Assembly: GCA_037379345.1 (NCBI GenBank)
Contig: CM074515.1
Span: 47,745,743 to 47,809,742, forward strand
Length of the DNA: 64,000 bases
Direction: 5' to 3'
From: Perna viridis
Taxonomy: Eukaryota
This document shows, piece by piece, positions 13,879 through 26,800 of the stretch. A program made the translations under genes and the position numbers. Within the stretch, counting starts at the first letter, position 1; every line of letters begins with the position of its first letter. The notes under the pieces were generated by a model. That model did no database searches. It saw nothing but the letters and a program-made list of their open reading frames with translations, and was not told the DNA's origin.

Positions 13879-14116
13879 TCTACTTTTTATGCCTTTCCTG
13901 TTGGACTTAAAAGCAGTTGACTTTTTTCTAATATACGTTGTGACTTTATTCTAACTTACGTCGTTTAAATGATGAAAGTCAATGCAACAACGTGGTTCTA
14001 TGTTAAAGTACCTAGTAAATGTCTATCGTGCAGCTAAGGCGAAATGGAAACCCGTCGATTTTTAAGTTCGACTCCTACTTGCCCCAACATGTTATCAATA
14101 AACATCCTGGCTTGTA

Positions 14117-14322
14117 CACAAGCAAATATTTTCACGTGAAATTCATATTAATCGAGATTCACATAAAATTCATGTGAACTTCACATTAAATTAACGTGAT
14201 ATTCCCGTGAAATTCACTTAACATGAATTGCATGTGAACAATTCGAATTTCACATAAACTCTGCCACAAAGTTTATTTGCTCAGTTCGGGAGAAAAAATC
14301 ATGTGAAATAATTTTGCCTGTG
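14117..14322. mobile_element. Non-autonomous DNA transposon with CACAG(G)CAAA-type termini and internal ttcacatgaaa-like repeats, copy 1
   Basis: 5' cacaagcaaa, 3' tttgcctgtg; internal short repeats; 3' ~70 bp shared with 15746-15981. Confidence 0.75.
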
Positions 14323-15745
14323 TGTAAGTAATCTAGTCAGGCAACATGTTGATAGAGTGAGCAAGTCACTTTGTTTTTACTATATACAAAACTGTATACA
14401 TCGCTCGCTATCTAAAACGAAGAGGGGTTGCATGACGGGGTTGCATCTGTCAAATATTTCAAGATACAGCTATTCTGTATAATAAGAATTTGAAAAAAAT
14501 CCATTAATATTCCAACAAGAGCAATCGAAAATTTAAAATTATTTCATTGCCAAATTATAAATAATTCCATGATATATTTACATGTTCCCCTTCTTTAGAG
14601 ACATTTTGGAGAAAAGACAGCATTGTCGACTATGTATAATCGATGACTTTTCGGTTCTTTTGGTGAGAGAATCTTCTAGATGTTTGTAACTAACATTTTT
14701 AAAGCATTTCAAAGAAGACGGTTTGTAAATGTAAAATTTGTATACGGAAAGCAGTGGCGTAGTCAGGGCCATATTAATGTGGAAGCCTTTCGTAGCACAG
14801 AAAGGAGGGAGGGATTTATTTTGGTTGGTTAATGATGCTAGCATGATGAAGCCGTGGCATCTTGAAATAAATTTCTCCAATAAACATAACGCAAACCATT
14901 AAATTCTGGAAAGTTTGTCCAAGCGGAAATTATAGGTTCCAGTCATCGTAAGAAGTATAAATTGTCGAATTCTTAAAGAACAAATAACATGTACATTTAT
15001 ACAGAAATAAACATTAGAAGTTAAGTCTAACGGTACATGTCTGATGATTCCAGAAAATTGATAGTCCGGACCCTATCGATGCCCCCAAGTGTTTCTTCTG
15101 GAATGATCATAGGTTTGAGCTTTCTCTACATCTTTTTTTATTATTATAGTATTTTATCGTTCTATGGTCTGGATATATAATTATCTTCATGTCTGTCAAT
15201 CTTTTTTTCACTTTTCCGGATATAGCTTTAGGACCGATAAACCAAATCTTTTCGAACTTTGACATAATGCCTTGGACAGTAAGATGAGTAGAAAATACTT
15301 AATACACTAGAACAAGTTCCTAGTTTCATTTTTTCTTGATTTGCTTGATTTCCCATCGCTCTTTTGGCTTAAGATGATCAGTTAATCTATTGAACTGTCT
15401 TCAGGCTTTAAAACATTAGTCTTTTTATTTATTTATTTGTGTTATTATTAACCATGGAATACTTGATTACACAATCACGCTCAGGGTAAACAACCGTACA
15501 TCCGTTGCCATAATCCTATCCTAAAATATACTCTAAATAACAAATGAGGGATATTTTTTCCAGGAAATGTTGCCAGATACATTCGAAGTACATCTATATG
15601 AGATTATTGGCCTATGTTTAAACTAAGTACAATAAAAGGGGTTGCTTCAGACTGTAGAAACTGAAGTTTTATTTCAATGTGTACATAATTACTAGTTTGA
15701 TACTCCCTTTCCAGTATCATAGTTACATCTTAGGATATATATAAA

Positions 15746-15981
15746 CAACAGGTAAATACTGTTCTGGTGAAATTTATGCGAGATGAGTTACATGTGAAAT
15801 TCATCTGAACTTCACATGAAATTAGTATGATTTTCACAAGAAATTCATTTGAAATTTACCTCATGTGAAGAGTCTACATAAAATTCACATGAAGGTTGAT
15901 TTATATAAATTTCATGTGAACTCTGTCACAACGTTTATTTGCTCAATTCAGGCGAAAATCATGTAAATAGTTTTGCCTGTG
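15746..15981. mobile_element. Same family as 14117-14322, copy 2
   Basis: Shared aactctg.caca..gtttatttgctca.ttc.gg.gaaaa...atcatgt..aata.ttttgcctgtg end and the same internal repeats. Confidence 0.75.
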
Positions 15982-17724
15982 TGATTGGTTTAAAGCAAAA
16001 AACATGATCTTGCATTTCGCTAAAAATAAAATTAAAAAAAAGTTTTCTATATTTCAAATCAATTATTTTTCCTGTAGTCATCTTGAATATTAACATTACG
16101 GTGGGAATGCGAAATCCACTTATTAAAACTTGAAATATTTATCGGTTGGTAGATTTCACTAATTTTTATATGCATTAAATACATGAAATAGATAATAAAT
16201 AGTATGCATTCATGAGTCCCTTTTTCTTTTACATGTATAAACCGATACTGTATGTATCATACTCTCGGAATCTTATATGTTTTCTTTTTAATTAGACTCA
16301 AGTATATTAACTCAGCTTTGTTCATTGTTGTAGGGGAGTATCATAATGCAATTGATACTTGGTTGATGTTAATACATAATGGTACAGATTTATGTATATA
16401 AAGAACGATAACCTCTTTCCCCAGACCAATCAGATGGCCTCTTTTACACTTCTCTCATATATTTTGCGATCACTGCTTATCAGTTCACATTCACCTTGAA
16501 TCAGTTCTATGATTGAGCCAATTCTTCGTACCTTCGAGACAATAACATATGTTATGCAAACTGTAAGTGCAGTATGTTCCTTCAGACATTTTGTTTCGTT
16601 GTAATTTATATAAAATTTATAAATATCAGACAGAAGGTGGTACATGCATTTAAAGAAAACACAAACTTCACTTTTAATTTCTGATTCAGTAAACAGTTAT
16701 TAGTCTTAATTAGTTGTTTGGTGGTATCAAAACTTAAATAAATTTTATTAAAAAAAAATGTTGTAAAAGTTATCGTTATTGATTTGGTTATTTATATGGG
16801 GAAATATATGTGCAAATTTATCTAAAACACAGATTGGTATACTGAAAGGACTGTGGTTTTGTATAGAACTGTAAAATATGGCAAATATATAGGCTAGAAA
16901 CCACTAATTCCACTTCCCATAGGCTTCTATGCTAATTTCACAATATTCAATGGCTTCTCTGGACTTTACCTTAACTTTAACCTGCAGAGGACTATATATC
17001 AGCATGATTCTACATATGTCAGCTCACAATCCTCAGAGTGGCATGTGGGGTTAGCAGACTTGCATCGCAGTACTGGTCACCGGAAGTGAAGGGTCTATAA
17101 ATAGCATGGGAAATCCCAGTGTTTTCACAAGATAGGGGTATATTTAGAAATCATTATGGAGATTTGGCTTCACATCACAAGAAGCAAAATGCACCTATAA
17201 AATGTACAGAAATGTTTTTCCTTTCAGAAACTGTTTAAATTTTTTAAATAAGATGAGAGCTTTTTTCACAGCACTATGAGGAACAGAGGTAATTTCTGCG
17301 TAGGACTATTTTTGCGTACGTTCCAAATGCTCATTGGTTGAATTGATGGTCTGTAACCTATATACCGAAAAAGCATCGTCGCTGGTTCAGTGGGGATTTC
17401 TGCACAATGTTTCTCCTGTTACATGTTTGTATGGATAAGTCCTACGTGCGTAATTTCCATCAAGCTCCGAACAACGCTGATTCTATTATAGATGAATTAA
17501 ACGTCTGCTGCAGCGTGGAGCTGGATGCACATAATAAGCCTCAACGAAAAATTACTTCTCAGATATGTTACATATGGGTTCAGTTCTACATTAAAGAGTA
17601 CAGTTTAAAACATGTTTTGCAACGGTGTTCGTATCGACTCGGTACACTCATTCTATTGCAATATGATATCGTATCGATATCAATATACCTGCTTTTGATA
17701 TGCTTGTTTACTATATCACATCTA

Positions 17725-18035
17725 CACAGCCAAATGTGCCACATATGATAATCATATGGTGCTCGATTCATATGATAATCATATGGTAATCATATGACAA
17801 TCATATGATACTGAACATATAATAGTCATATGATTATCAAATGATTCTCATATGGTAATTTTGGCTTAAAAACACATGATAATCATATGTTTGTGAAAAA
17901 CATAGGATTACCATATGATAACCATGCGACAGTCATACGTTTACCGAAACATATGATTATCATATGGTGCTCGATTTATATGATAATCATATGATGCAAA
18001 CCATATGATTCTCATTTGTGGCACATTTGCCTTTG
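17725..18035. mobile_element. Non-autonomous DNA transposon (CMC/EnSpm-like architecture) with catatgat(a/t) repeat array and TA flanks
   Basis: TIR cacagccaaatgtgccacatatga ... tcatttgtggcacatttgcctttg; TA on both sides; interior built of catatgataat-type repeats. Confidence 0.8.
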
Positions 18036-18599
18036 TAAAAAATCACTAATCTTATTATCACTTTTTTGCAGCATGAAAAAAGCAATAACGAAGTCAATTT
18101 GCTTTAACACCAGTGAAAGAGACTAACAAACTTCAACACATATATATTAACCAACGCATTTCATTCTTCATTTTCAGGTTCATTAAAGAAAATCAAAAAT
18201 GAGACGAGAACGAACGGTAAAGTTACATCGATGTTGTGTTATCTCACATTTGACAGTTTTCAATCCACTCACAAACTTCAAACACACATTCCAGTTCTTG
18301 CATGCCTCAACTGTTCATATCCGACCTAAAAGCCCACACACAGCAGCAGATGTTCGTTTCTGTATAGAATATCAGCTGCGGTTTCAGAATGACCAGTTTT
18401 GATGTCGTACACACTGATGGCAACTGGAAAGCGTTAAGCGTGGTAAACTTTTTTTCAATGCATTAAATCGTTTAAAGTCTTCCATGGTCAGTTTTAGTAT
18501 AAGTTTCCTTCAGGATCGCTTATCTCCTACTTCTAAGAAGACCTTCACATAATTGGTCCCGTGAGTCCATCGTGTGGATATAACAAAAGCAACTCCGTT

Positions 18600-20445
18600 T
18601 ATTCTTCGATACATCAGCATTTATTGGCAGTTCGTGGAATCGTAAACATTTGCATTACTCAAAGGTTCTATTCTTTGAATAACACATTTTTGGTCTGAAT
18701 TGAAATCAATTTTGTGAATGCGTTGTATGAAGAAGCATTTTTTCCATTTAAATCTATTGCAAAAATGGCATAATGGCAAGGTTTTATTGGTTTTAGGCAA
18801 TCCGTAAATCGCTGTCACGGTTAATAAAATTCTGTTTTTTGTAGAAATTCAAAATAAGAAATACAAAACATTTAAACAATTTTCGGAATATTACAGCATA
18901 TTACAGTTCTCAACAATAATATGAGCGTATTGCTTATCGTTTTGTATCTTTTCATGAACTGTGTGTGCTATTGTCTTAGTATAAGTTGTATTCTATCTTT
19001 CTGTTCATGTGGCTAAAAAAAGCAAAAATAAAACTTTTGGTATGATTATTTATATATTTGAATTGAAACGAACTTGCACGAGAAAAACAAACAAAACACA
19101 AATAATATAGTTACATCAGAGACAGCATGTTTTGTAGAGCTCTTACTTTTGTTGAAACTAATTCCATAGAAAACTATCATTATATTTAATATTTTTTTTT
19201 AATGCAAGCTGGTTTTGTTTACTTTACTTGGTTGATTTATGATTTATGAAATTAGTCTACTTTCAAAAAACGCTTTGGTCATTCTTTGTGTAGAATTGAG
19301 ACATGTGATGGCGTAGTCGCGATGTCAAAGTCTATAACCAAGAATATATGTTGTAGGTTTTGACGCACAGTAAAGATCCCCGTTTTTTCTACTGATATTA
19401 TTTAGCACAAATTTAACTAAAAAAATCATACAAATTTCTAAATTTGAAGGAGAAAAAAACAAACCTACGAACTGACTATATTTTTTTAAGAGTTGGTATC
19501 GGGAACATAACTCTAGTATTAAGTGAAAGCTGAATTGTATTTGTATGCCATTTTAGTTTATTCCTCATAAAACTTGATGAAGATAAAATCCTTTTTTTAA
19601 ATAATCAACTTAACAATTATAGGGCTATCTATTTAACACTTTTACAATGCAAATCTCTTTCAAACTGCCTTTACTGAGAGTACAATAGTTAACTCAGTGG
19701 ATAGAAATGACTGAATGATAATTGCCCGATGATTTACCTATGTCACTTAACTGGACAATTGACACGAAGATTTAAAAAAATCTCCAGCTCAATTGTCCAG
19801 TTACCTAATTCAGCAACCAGCTTGATTCCCTAAAGGTAAATGTCGCATGTAAAATAACATAAGCGTGTCTCTAATTATAAAAGATAAAAAGTTGTATGAA
19901 ACCATCTTAAAGGTTCGTACTAGTGTCTAAAAACCCTCCCGTGTTTACATCTGTTACTATTTGTTATGTAGAATTTTTTTAGATTTATTGCAGACAAGAT
20001 AGAAGTTTATCATTACCAGAAATAACATTTAATGTTGCTTTCCACAAAATATAATTAAAATGAAACTTGTGCTATAAATAAATTGAATAAGCAAAACATC
20101 TTTGTTGCCATGCCAGTTTTATACTAATAGGTTTTTAATTTGTCAAGTAAAGATTTTAAACCTAACAAAGGAGGTATTTTGTGAAACTTTGCCAAAATAA
20201 TCTATTGGTAAAAGACTGGTTCTGTTTGCACACAATACGACTAACATAAAGAGATACACTTCGATTATTTTTTGGAAACACTTCATTTGCTTGAATGTTA
20301 TGAAATCATTCTGATTGGTAAACAAACAATATTTGAACTGCATGGTGAAAGATGTGATTTTACTACAACACCGGCCGGTCGTGACATAACTAACTTAACA
20401 GGAGTTTCTTCAAAAGCAGAGCAAAGTCACCAATCCAGTGCAGAT
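18600..20445 (-). pseudogene. Highly decayed ubiquitin-specific protease (peptidase C19/USP)-like pseudogene remnant
   Basis: Collinear minus-strand fragments: ICTGLVTLLCF*RNSC*VSYVT (Cys-box-like, ~20370-20445), NGDLYC and TPSHVSILH..KRF (~19261-19390), HYAIFAI...SSYNAFTK and VYDSTNCQ*MLMYRRIN (His-box/C-terminal-like, ~18600-18790); many stops and frameshifts. Confidence 0.4.
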
Positions 20446-21357
20446 TGTATTTTTTTTACCTGAATCTGAGTAGTTCATTCCCTTTCAGTTTTGTATTCTC
20501 TTTATATCTTTGAGCTATTTTTTTTTATAATCTTTCTCAGTCTTCTTGACATCGTCGTTGCCATTAGGTATTGGTTGTTAAATAAGTGTTCTTCCTCTTT
20601 TTCTACAGATAAATATTTCCAGAGTATTTTACTATAAAATCATAATTTTTCGTTAACTCTGATTTCATATTATTGGAGAATAAATGAATGGCTTCTGCTC
20701 AATACTAAGGTACAAACAAAATTAGCACCTAACAAAGTTTTTTTTTTCATTTTTGAACAAGTTTGAAAAAATGCCAGCCTTTTTCCAATAAATTCAAATT
20801 AAAGTCTCAAATATTTTTGACTTTCTAAGAGACGTGCTTTGAAACACAGTGTTAACCCTACCTTCATCGAAGTAAATTTTTGACATTCAAATATGCGATA
20901 AAAAGACTATAAAAAAACACACCCTGAAATACTTGCAGGAATTTTTCCTCTGATTTCTAATTAATTATTCGACCAAAAGTAATTACTGGCGGATATCATT
21001 ATAATCTAAAGAGGAGCCCTCTTAATAATAATCATAATAGTTCACCTGTAGTTATATTGAAAGAGGTAATGAGATTACCTCTGATCAAAGAGAACAGATA
21101 GAAGACAGAGAAATCATCAGAATCACCACATGTAAACTTCATATCTTCTTCTATTGTTTACACCACCATTACCCATCAGCATACTCCGTACCACGTGACC
21201 AGCTCTTGCTCGACTGCCAAATTTTCATGGCAAGCAAGACATTTCTCTGTCTTTTCGAATTACACAAATATAACTCATTATTTATTGTTTTGTTCTGTGA
21301 TTTGTTAATAATAATTAATGAAGAAGTGTACCTTAAGCGCGCATTATCTCATTTCAG

Positions 21358-21411
21358 CCTTCGTTCGACAGAGGATACGGAAGTCTAAGCAGTAGTCGCA
21401 GTCACGGATCT
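21358..21411 (+). CDS. FHOD3: 54-nt internal exon of the long FHOD isoform (PSFDRGYGSLSSSRSHGS)
   Basis: Strong acceptor (tctcatttcag|) and donor (|gtaagt); phase 0/0; Gly/Ser/Tyr composition continues into LYDNVGTSYGSKYGG of the 29008 exon; not in the ORF track. Confidence 0.7.
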
Positions 21412-21997
21412 GTAAGTATACCTGTTTATTTGTATTAGAGAGTAGAATTTCCGAAAGCACCCAAAATATAATTTTGCTCTGACAGAATTTGGCAAAGACT
21501 TGCAGTTTTAATTAAGTTTTGGTTATATCAAATAATTAACATGTGTTTTTAATGGCAGGTGATGCTAAATGTATCGTGATAATAGATGCAATCACATCTA
21601 AGATAAATGCTTGATAAATTATGTCATACATTCGGAATAAACAGCTGATTTGGTGCAATGAAGTTTCAATACTTTCATAAACATTTTCGAGAAAAAATCA
21701 ATTGAAACTATAAATAAATGTAGGCCAACACTTGAAAGTATTATTTCTGTGAGAAGTTTAATTTCTGACTGAATGTGTCGACTCTATTGGAGGAGTGTAG
21801 CGAATGGAGTCGTCACATTCTGAGAAGTTGTATAATATTGATTTGTTGTGACATGCATCATTAATTTGATCCTCTATCCTACATAATAACACCTAAATGA
21901 ACTGTCCCGTACTACCATACATCGTCTACTAAGTTACAGCCCTAGATTAAACCTACGAGGAGGAATGACCCGGCCAGCGAAATCTATATTTTTATAT

Positions 21998-22160
21998 AGC
22001 TTAGCTGGCCGAGTGGTCTAGGGCACTGGACTTTGTGCAGGCGGTGTTGTCATAGATGTCACAGCGGTACAAGTTCGATTCCCGCGGAGGAAACGACCAA
22101 AAATTTTCATCGCAAATTTGACAGTTCTAACATCGTTGGGCATTTTTCAGACCTATATAC
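21998..22160 (+). mobile_element. tRNA-derived SINE, copy 1
   Basis: Pol III A box tggccgagtgg (~22006) and B box aagttcgattcc (~22071), then a non-tRNA body and AT-rich tail; second copy inverted nearby. Confidence 0.8.
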
Positions 22161-22254
22161 ATGTTTACATATCTTCCCTGTATCAATTTGATCCGATGGA
22201 GCAGTCTAGCGAATAGAGTCGTCACATTCTGAGACGTTATATATATATATAGAC

Positions 22255-22402
22255 AGGTCTGAAAATTTCCCAATGATGTTAGAACTGTCAAATTTGCGAT
22301 GCAAATTAATGGTAGTTCCCCTGTGGGACTCGAACTCGTACTGCTGTGACATCTATCTATGGCAACACAGCCTGCACAAAGTCCAGCGCCCTAGACCACT
22401 CG
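22255..22402 (-). mobile_element. tRNA-derived SINE, copy 2 (5'-truncated, tail-to-tail with copy 1)
   Basis: Reverse complement reads cgagtggtctagggcgctggactttgtgcagg...gagttcgagtccc...catcgcaaatttgacagttctaacatc...ttttcagacct. Confidence 0.8.
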
Positions 22403-23700
22403 AAAATGTTTATGAAAGTATTGAAACTTCATTGCACCTAATCAGCTGTTTATTCCGAATATATATATATAGGTTAAACTTAATTTTTTTCATTTATTCA
22501 TTTGATATTTTGCAAAAATTATTAAAACTTCAGTTTCAAATGAAAATATTTCACAAACATTTTTAAAGCTGTATGGTATGGAGCATCCCACATCTAACCG
22601 TCCCGTTGACCAGGGACCAATGCCCTGTTTCTGGTGCAGCAGTATCACTTTGCGCAATTTTGAAATTTTTTAAATTTACCCTATATAACTATATGCTTTA
22701 CCAACCTTCACGAATCAATACATTATTTACTAGTATTATTCTGCAAACTTTGATGTTCTCTTAACGATTTCAGCGCACGAGTTAAATCTTCAAGAGTTCA
22801 TGGCACGAGTTGATTACTATTGTATAGATTTTCCTCAGATTTTATCGATATTTTCAACATGAATTTTCAAATTCTGTGATTGGTGGATTGATGTGACGTT
22901 TTGGTGGGAGAAAGCCCGTTAATGAAATTACGGAATTTATTTCAGTGTGAATTATCGAAATTTAATACACTGTAAACATTTGATAAAACACTGCTATTTA
23001 TATAATGAAGTGTTATGTACAATAATAAGTGGTGAAGGGCTCTTCTGTCCCTTACATTAAAAGGGGGTGGTTAAGGCCGTATAATTTAACCCCACCGCAG
23101 ATCGTTGTATTACTTTTTAATTTGATTTTGAAGAAGTGTCATCGTTCTGTTAACTTGTATATTATTACTTTTGTAGTCATGGTCTTTCAGAGCTTTCTTA
23201 AAGGTGTGTTTACACTTGTTGAAGACGTTTTGGTGATCTCTGAAAGTATTTACTATTTTGGATCGGGGTTTTACACTGGTGCTTTTGTTGAGTTTTATCA
23301 TATTCGTTATTCTTTTCTTGTATTTTGACAAAGATTTCCATTGTTTAAATCGTATGTTTCATTAATGTTGAAAAAAATACAAGTAACAGTAATTAATCAG
23401 AATCAATTAAAACGCAAACCGTAAATTAGAAGTTTAGTGAGGAGCAAATGATATCCATGGAGATAGAAAGATTATCAAACGAAAACGCTACACTTCAGAC
23501 GGTAATTGTCTAATGAAATACGACCAATACACAGATTTGCAACGTTTTATATAATACATACATCTAGAATCATAATCAAGAACAGATTATACATGTACAA
23601 CGGTAGGCAGGACAATAGTCTGAGCAAATGTTATACATTTCCACTTTGACTAATGAGTTACATCTTAGAACCTTGTTTTGAGACTTTCTGTCGCTTAACC

Positions 23701-23899
23701 TACCGGTACACCTGGTCCATGCTCCCAGTTTTCAGTGGAGTGCGAGTTGCTCATTTGCTTTTGTTACTTTGTCTGTATGATTGTAGTTACTTTATGTTCT
23801 TTGTTGTGTATACATGTACCTGTTTTTCATGTCCGGCCTTTGTCCCTGGATTACATTCTTTTGATTACCGCTATAATCTTGGTTCCCCTGATAACTCTT
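23701..23899 (+). mobile_element. Interspersed repeat family A, copy 3
   Basis: taccggtacacctggtccatgctcccagttttcagtggagtgcgagttgctcatttg...ggttcccctgataactct. Confidence 0.85.
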
Positions 23900-26800
23900 T
23901 CAGGCAAAAGGTTTTTTTAAAGGGCAAGGAAATATAAAAAAAATCACACAAGTTTAGGCTCAAGCTTCATCTCTTTGCATCCTGTAGTCTTTGAAATGTA
24001 ACAGTTGTCTTGGTTACATAAAATAAAAGTTATGTGCATAATATTTGACAATTTCTGTCTATCTGAAATCTTTTTCTGCTTCATATAAGTATCTACTGAA
24101 TTTTACTTTCTGTTTTTGTATTTCATTATTCTAGCAGATGTTCTAGTTCAAGGAATATAGACATGTTTTACACCAAGTTTGGCTAAACTTTCCTTTTTTT
24201 TCTTTTCCTCTGTTCGTAGAAACGGGTAGCTGTTTTTTGAACATCAGTGGTATTCCGTTATTTCATTCTGACATAAGTACTACATCAAACATCACTTACA
24301 GGCATGTGTCCAAGTGAAGCGAAATACATTAGGCAACAGTCACTCTTAGTGGATGTACTTTGTAATACATTTTTGTAAATCCTGAAGTCCATCTTCACGT
24401 CTCATTACCATTGCTAAACAACGTATAATGAGTCATGACTCTTCAACGACGTTACTGTTATTCTTCCTCATACCACTCTTGAAATCTTATTTCTATTTCG
24501 CGTCTTAAGATTCTATTTCAAAGATTCCTCGGTTGAATTTAAAGTTTCAGGTGGCTTTGCCTTTTCTTCAAAGTTATTGTGCGTGGTCCTCAGTTGCATT
24601 GGTCTTTTCTTTCAATTTCTAAATTTTGGAACTGTTTTAATAATGTCCATTAATTCAAAACTTAAAATTAAACTTAAAGGGTACTTCCAAATGTCCGGTT
24701 TTTTAACCCTTCTTCAAAATTTTCCGCTCTAAGTTAATCGCATCAGGCGTGTACCAGACGAATCCAAAGAAGAATTAGACTGATTCATAACGATTCAAGG
24801 AAACACCTAGGCAATACTGAAATTTTGAGCTGAGCCCGTTTTTGTTATTTAATAATTGCTTGCTGGTACACTGTATTCCTTTTTTGTCTATTTTCGAAAT
24901 AATACTGGTTTTCTTTAGTTCTTTCTGATGCAGAGTCCTAAGAAATTCCATTTTTATGTATGTTTGTTTTCTTGTTGACGTAAGCTTTGCGCTGGCTCTT
25001 TAATACTAGTATATCATTATTCTTTAGACACATATTTGATAAAATCCACTTTTGCTAACTACAATGCCAAAAATAGTTTTATAGAAGCTTTTAGATCTGT
25101 ACTCGGGTATGTTACAAATATAAATATTTCACACTTTCATATCCATAAGTGACAATACTGAACGTTCGTCAATGCTAAAGACATCCTTACGGTCTTTGAA
25201 GGGTTTGTTTACGCCGGTTTTCGTTATTTTTTTTTCTAATGGCACATGGTAAAGACTATTTGTTAGATGTAAATGAAAACTACAATGCATATACATTAAC
25301 CCTAATTACAAAACATCAATGTATCCTAATTTAAATACTATTTTTACAAGAATTGTCTGTAAGTTTTATTTGAATTGAACAAATGTTTGAGGAGTTCGAT
25401 TATAATTCACCTGAAAACAAGATTTCAATGAACATTTTTCATCTGGAAGAATACGTGAAGTTCATACAAATTTGTTAATCCATACCATCTCTGCCATCTA
25501 CCCATTATAAATAACAAAATGTTCGTAAATTAATATCGATGCCTCACCATTTTTAAGCATTTCACCAAGGTTACACTCGATTATACCCTTAATTAAAGCC
25601 AAATGGGGTGGTAATTGATCTTTTACTAACTTACAGAAACATACTGCCGTTAAAATGGAGAAATAATCCCAAAACACATTAGTGCTGTACATTGAATTAA
25701 GAATGTAATATACAATACCTCTCTTAATTTATAAGTAACGGGGTGTGTATCTGGTTGGCACGTGTTTCTCAGTATCATCAATCAAATACCCCTGTATAAA
25801 AATATAATTAAAAAATTCATTTCTACCCTCCTTCTTTTTATTTCTTCAGTTATATTTATTCATAAGACCTTAACCGTTTCACAATATATTTTTACTCAAA
25901 TACACAATAATTATCAAGTCTTCTTTTCCAGTTGTGCTGTTTTCTTTCTGGTTCTTATTCTTTTACATGCAAAGGGAAATAACTTACACAGTAAACAGGA
26001 TGGTTGGCTGTTCTATGCAGCACAGAAAAAAAAAATTAACAAAGAAAACTATCAGAACCTCGATGAGTTTCTGATTCAACTGCAGAAAATGTAAAACAGT
26101 CACCAATTAACAAAGTTTAAATCCTTTAAGGATTGAAGAAAAGAGCTTAGTGTTCTACCCCTAACTAGTCTGGCTCAGTATGAGTTATTTACTTGGCAGT
26201 AATTGGGGAAAAGTCCGTAGGGAAGCATTTATTTTGCTCTGCAGAAAAGGTATATGAATGTACCCGATATCAGTTTAATGGTTGAAAAAGCTTTTTTGAG
26301 CTGTATTCGTAGATTGATGAATTCACTTTATTTATGAAACAATACTGCGTGTTCTGGCGAGGTCACCATGGTGCTGATGATCATCGGTAAGCTGATGGTT
26401 TGTAATATCTGTCAAACAGCAATGACGCTTACGCAAAATGACGGACTGACAGAAAAATGCATATTTCTAAAGCATCTATCTGAGAAACTGTAATTATTAC
26501 TGTAATTAGATGATTCTAAGTCTTGGAACTTTATCAAGGACGTAATTATGTTGTGCAAACAACAACCTGTGAAAAAATTCAGTATTTGCCAGAAAACACC
26601 AACGCGTTATGACGTCATTACCATGTACATTAAAATAGACAACGATATGATGTCATTTTAGTTAAACAGAATCCCTCTAAGAGACAAAAAGCATTGGGCA
26701 AGTATACAGCTGATGGTTAAGCTTTTATGTTATGGCTACAAATCATTCATTGCGGCTTTTTATTAAATATAATGTTACGGCTTCTCATTCCTGTTTGCTA

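Noticed and set aside
21998-22085. tRNA gene (A and B boxes present)
   Set aside because: No convincing cloverleaf or acceptor stem; it continues into a conserved non-tRNA body with a second diverged copy nearby, so it is a SINE
23653-23937. Paralogous small hydrophobic ORFs (13748, 23653, 23735, 58979, 59076)
   Set aside because: Their similarity comes from interspersed repeat family A; frames and stops are not conserved between copies
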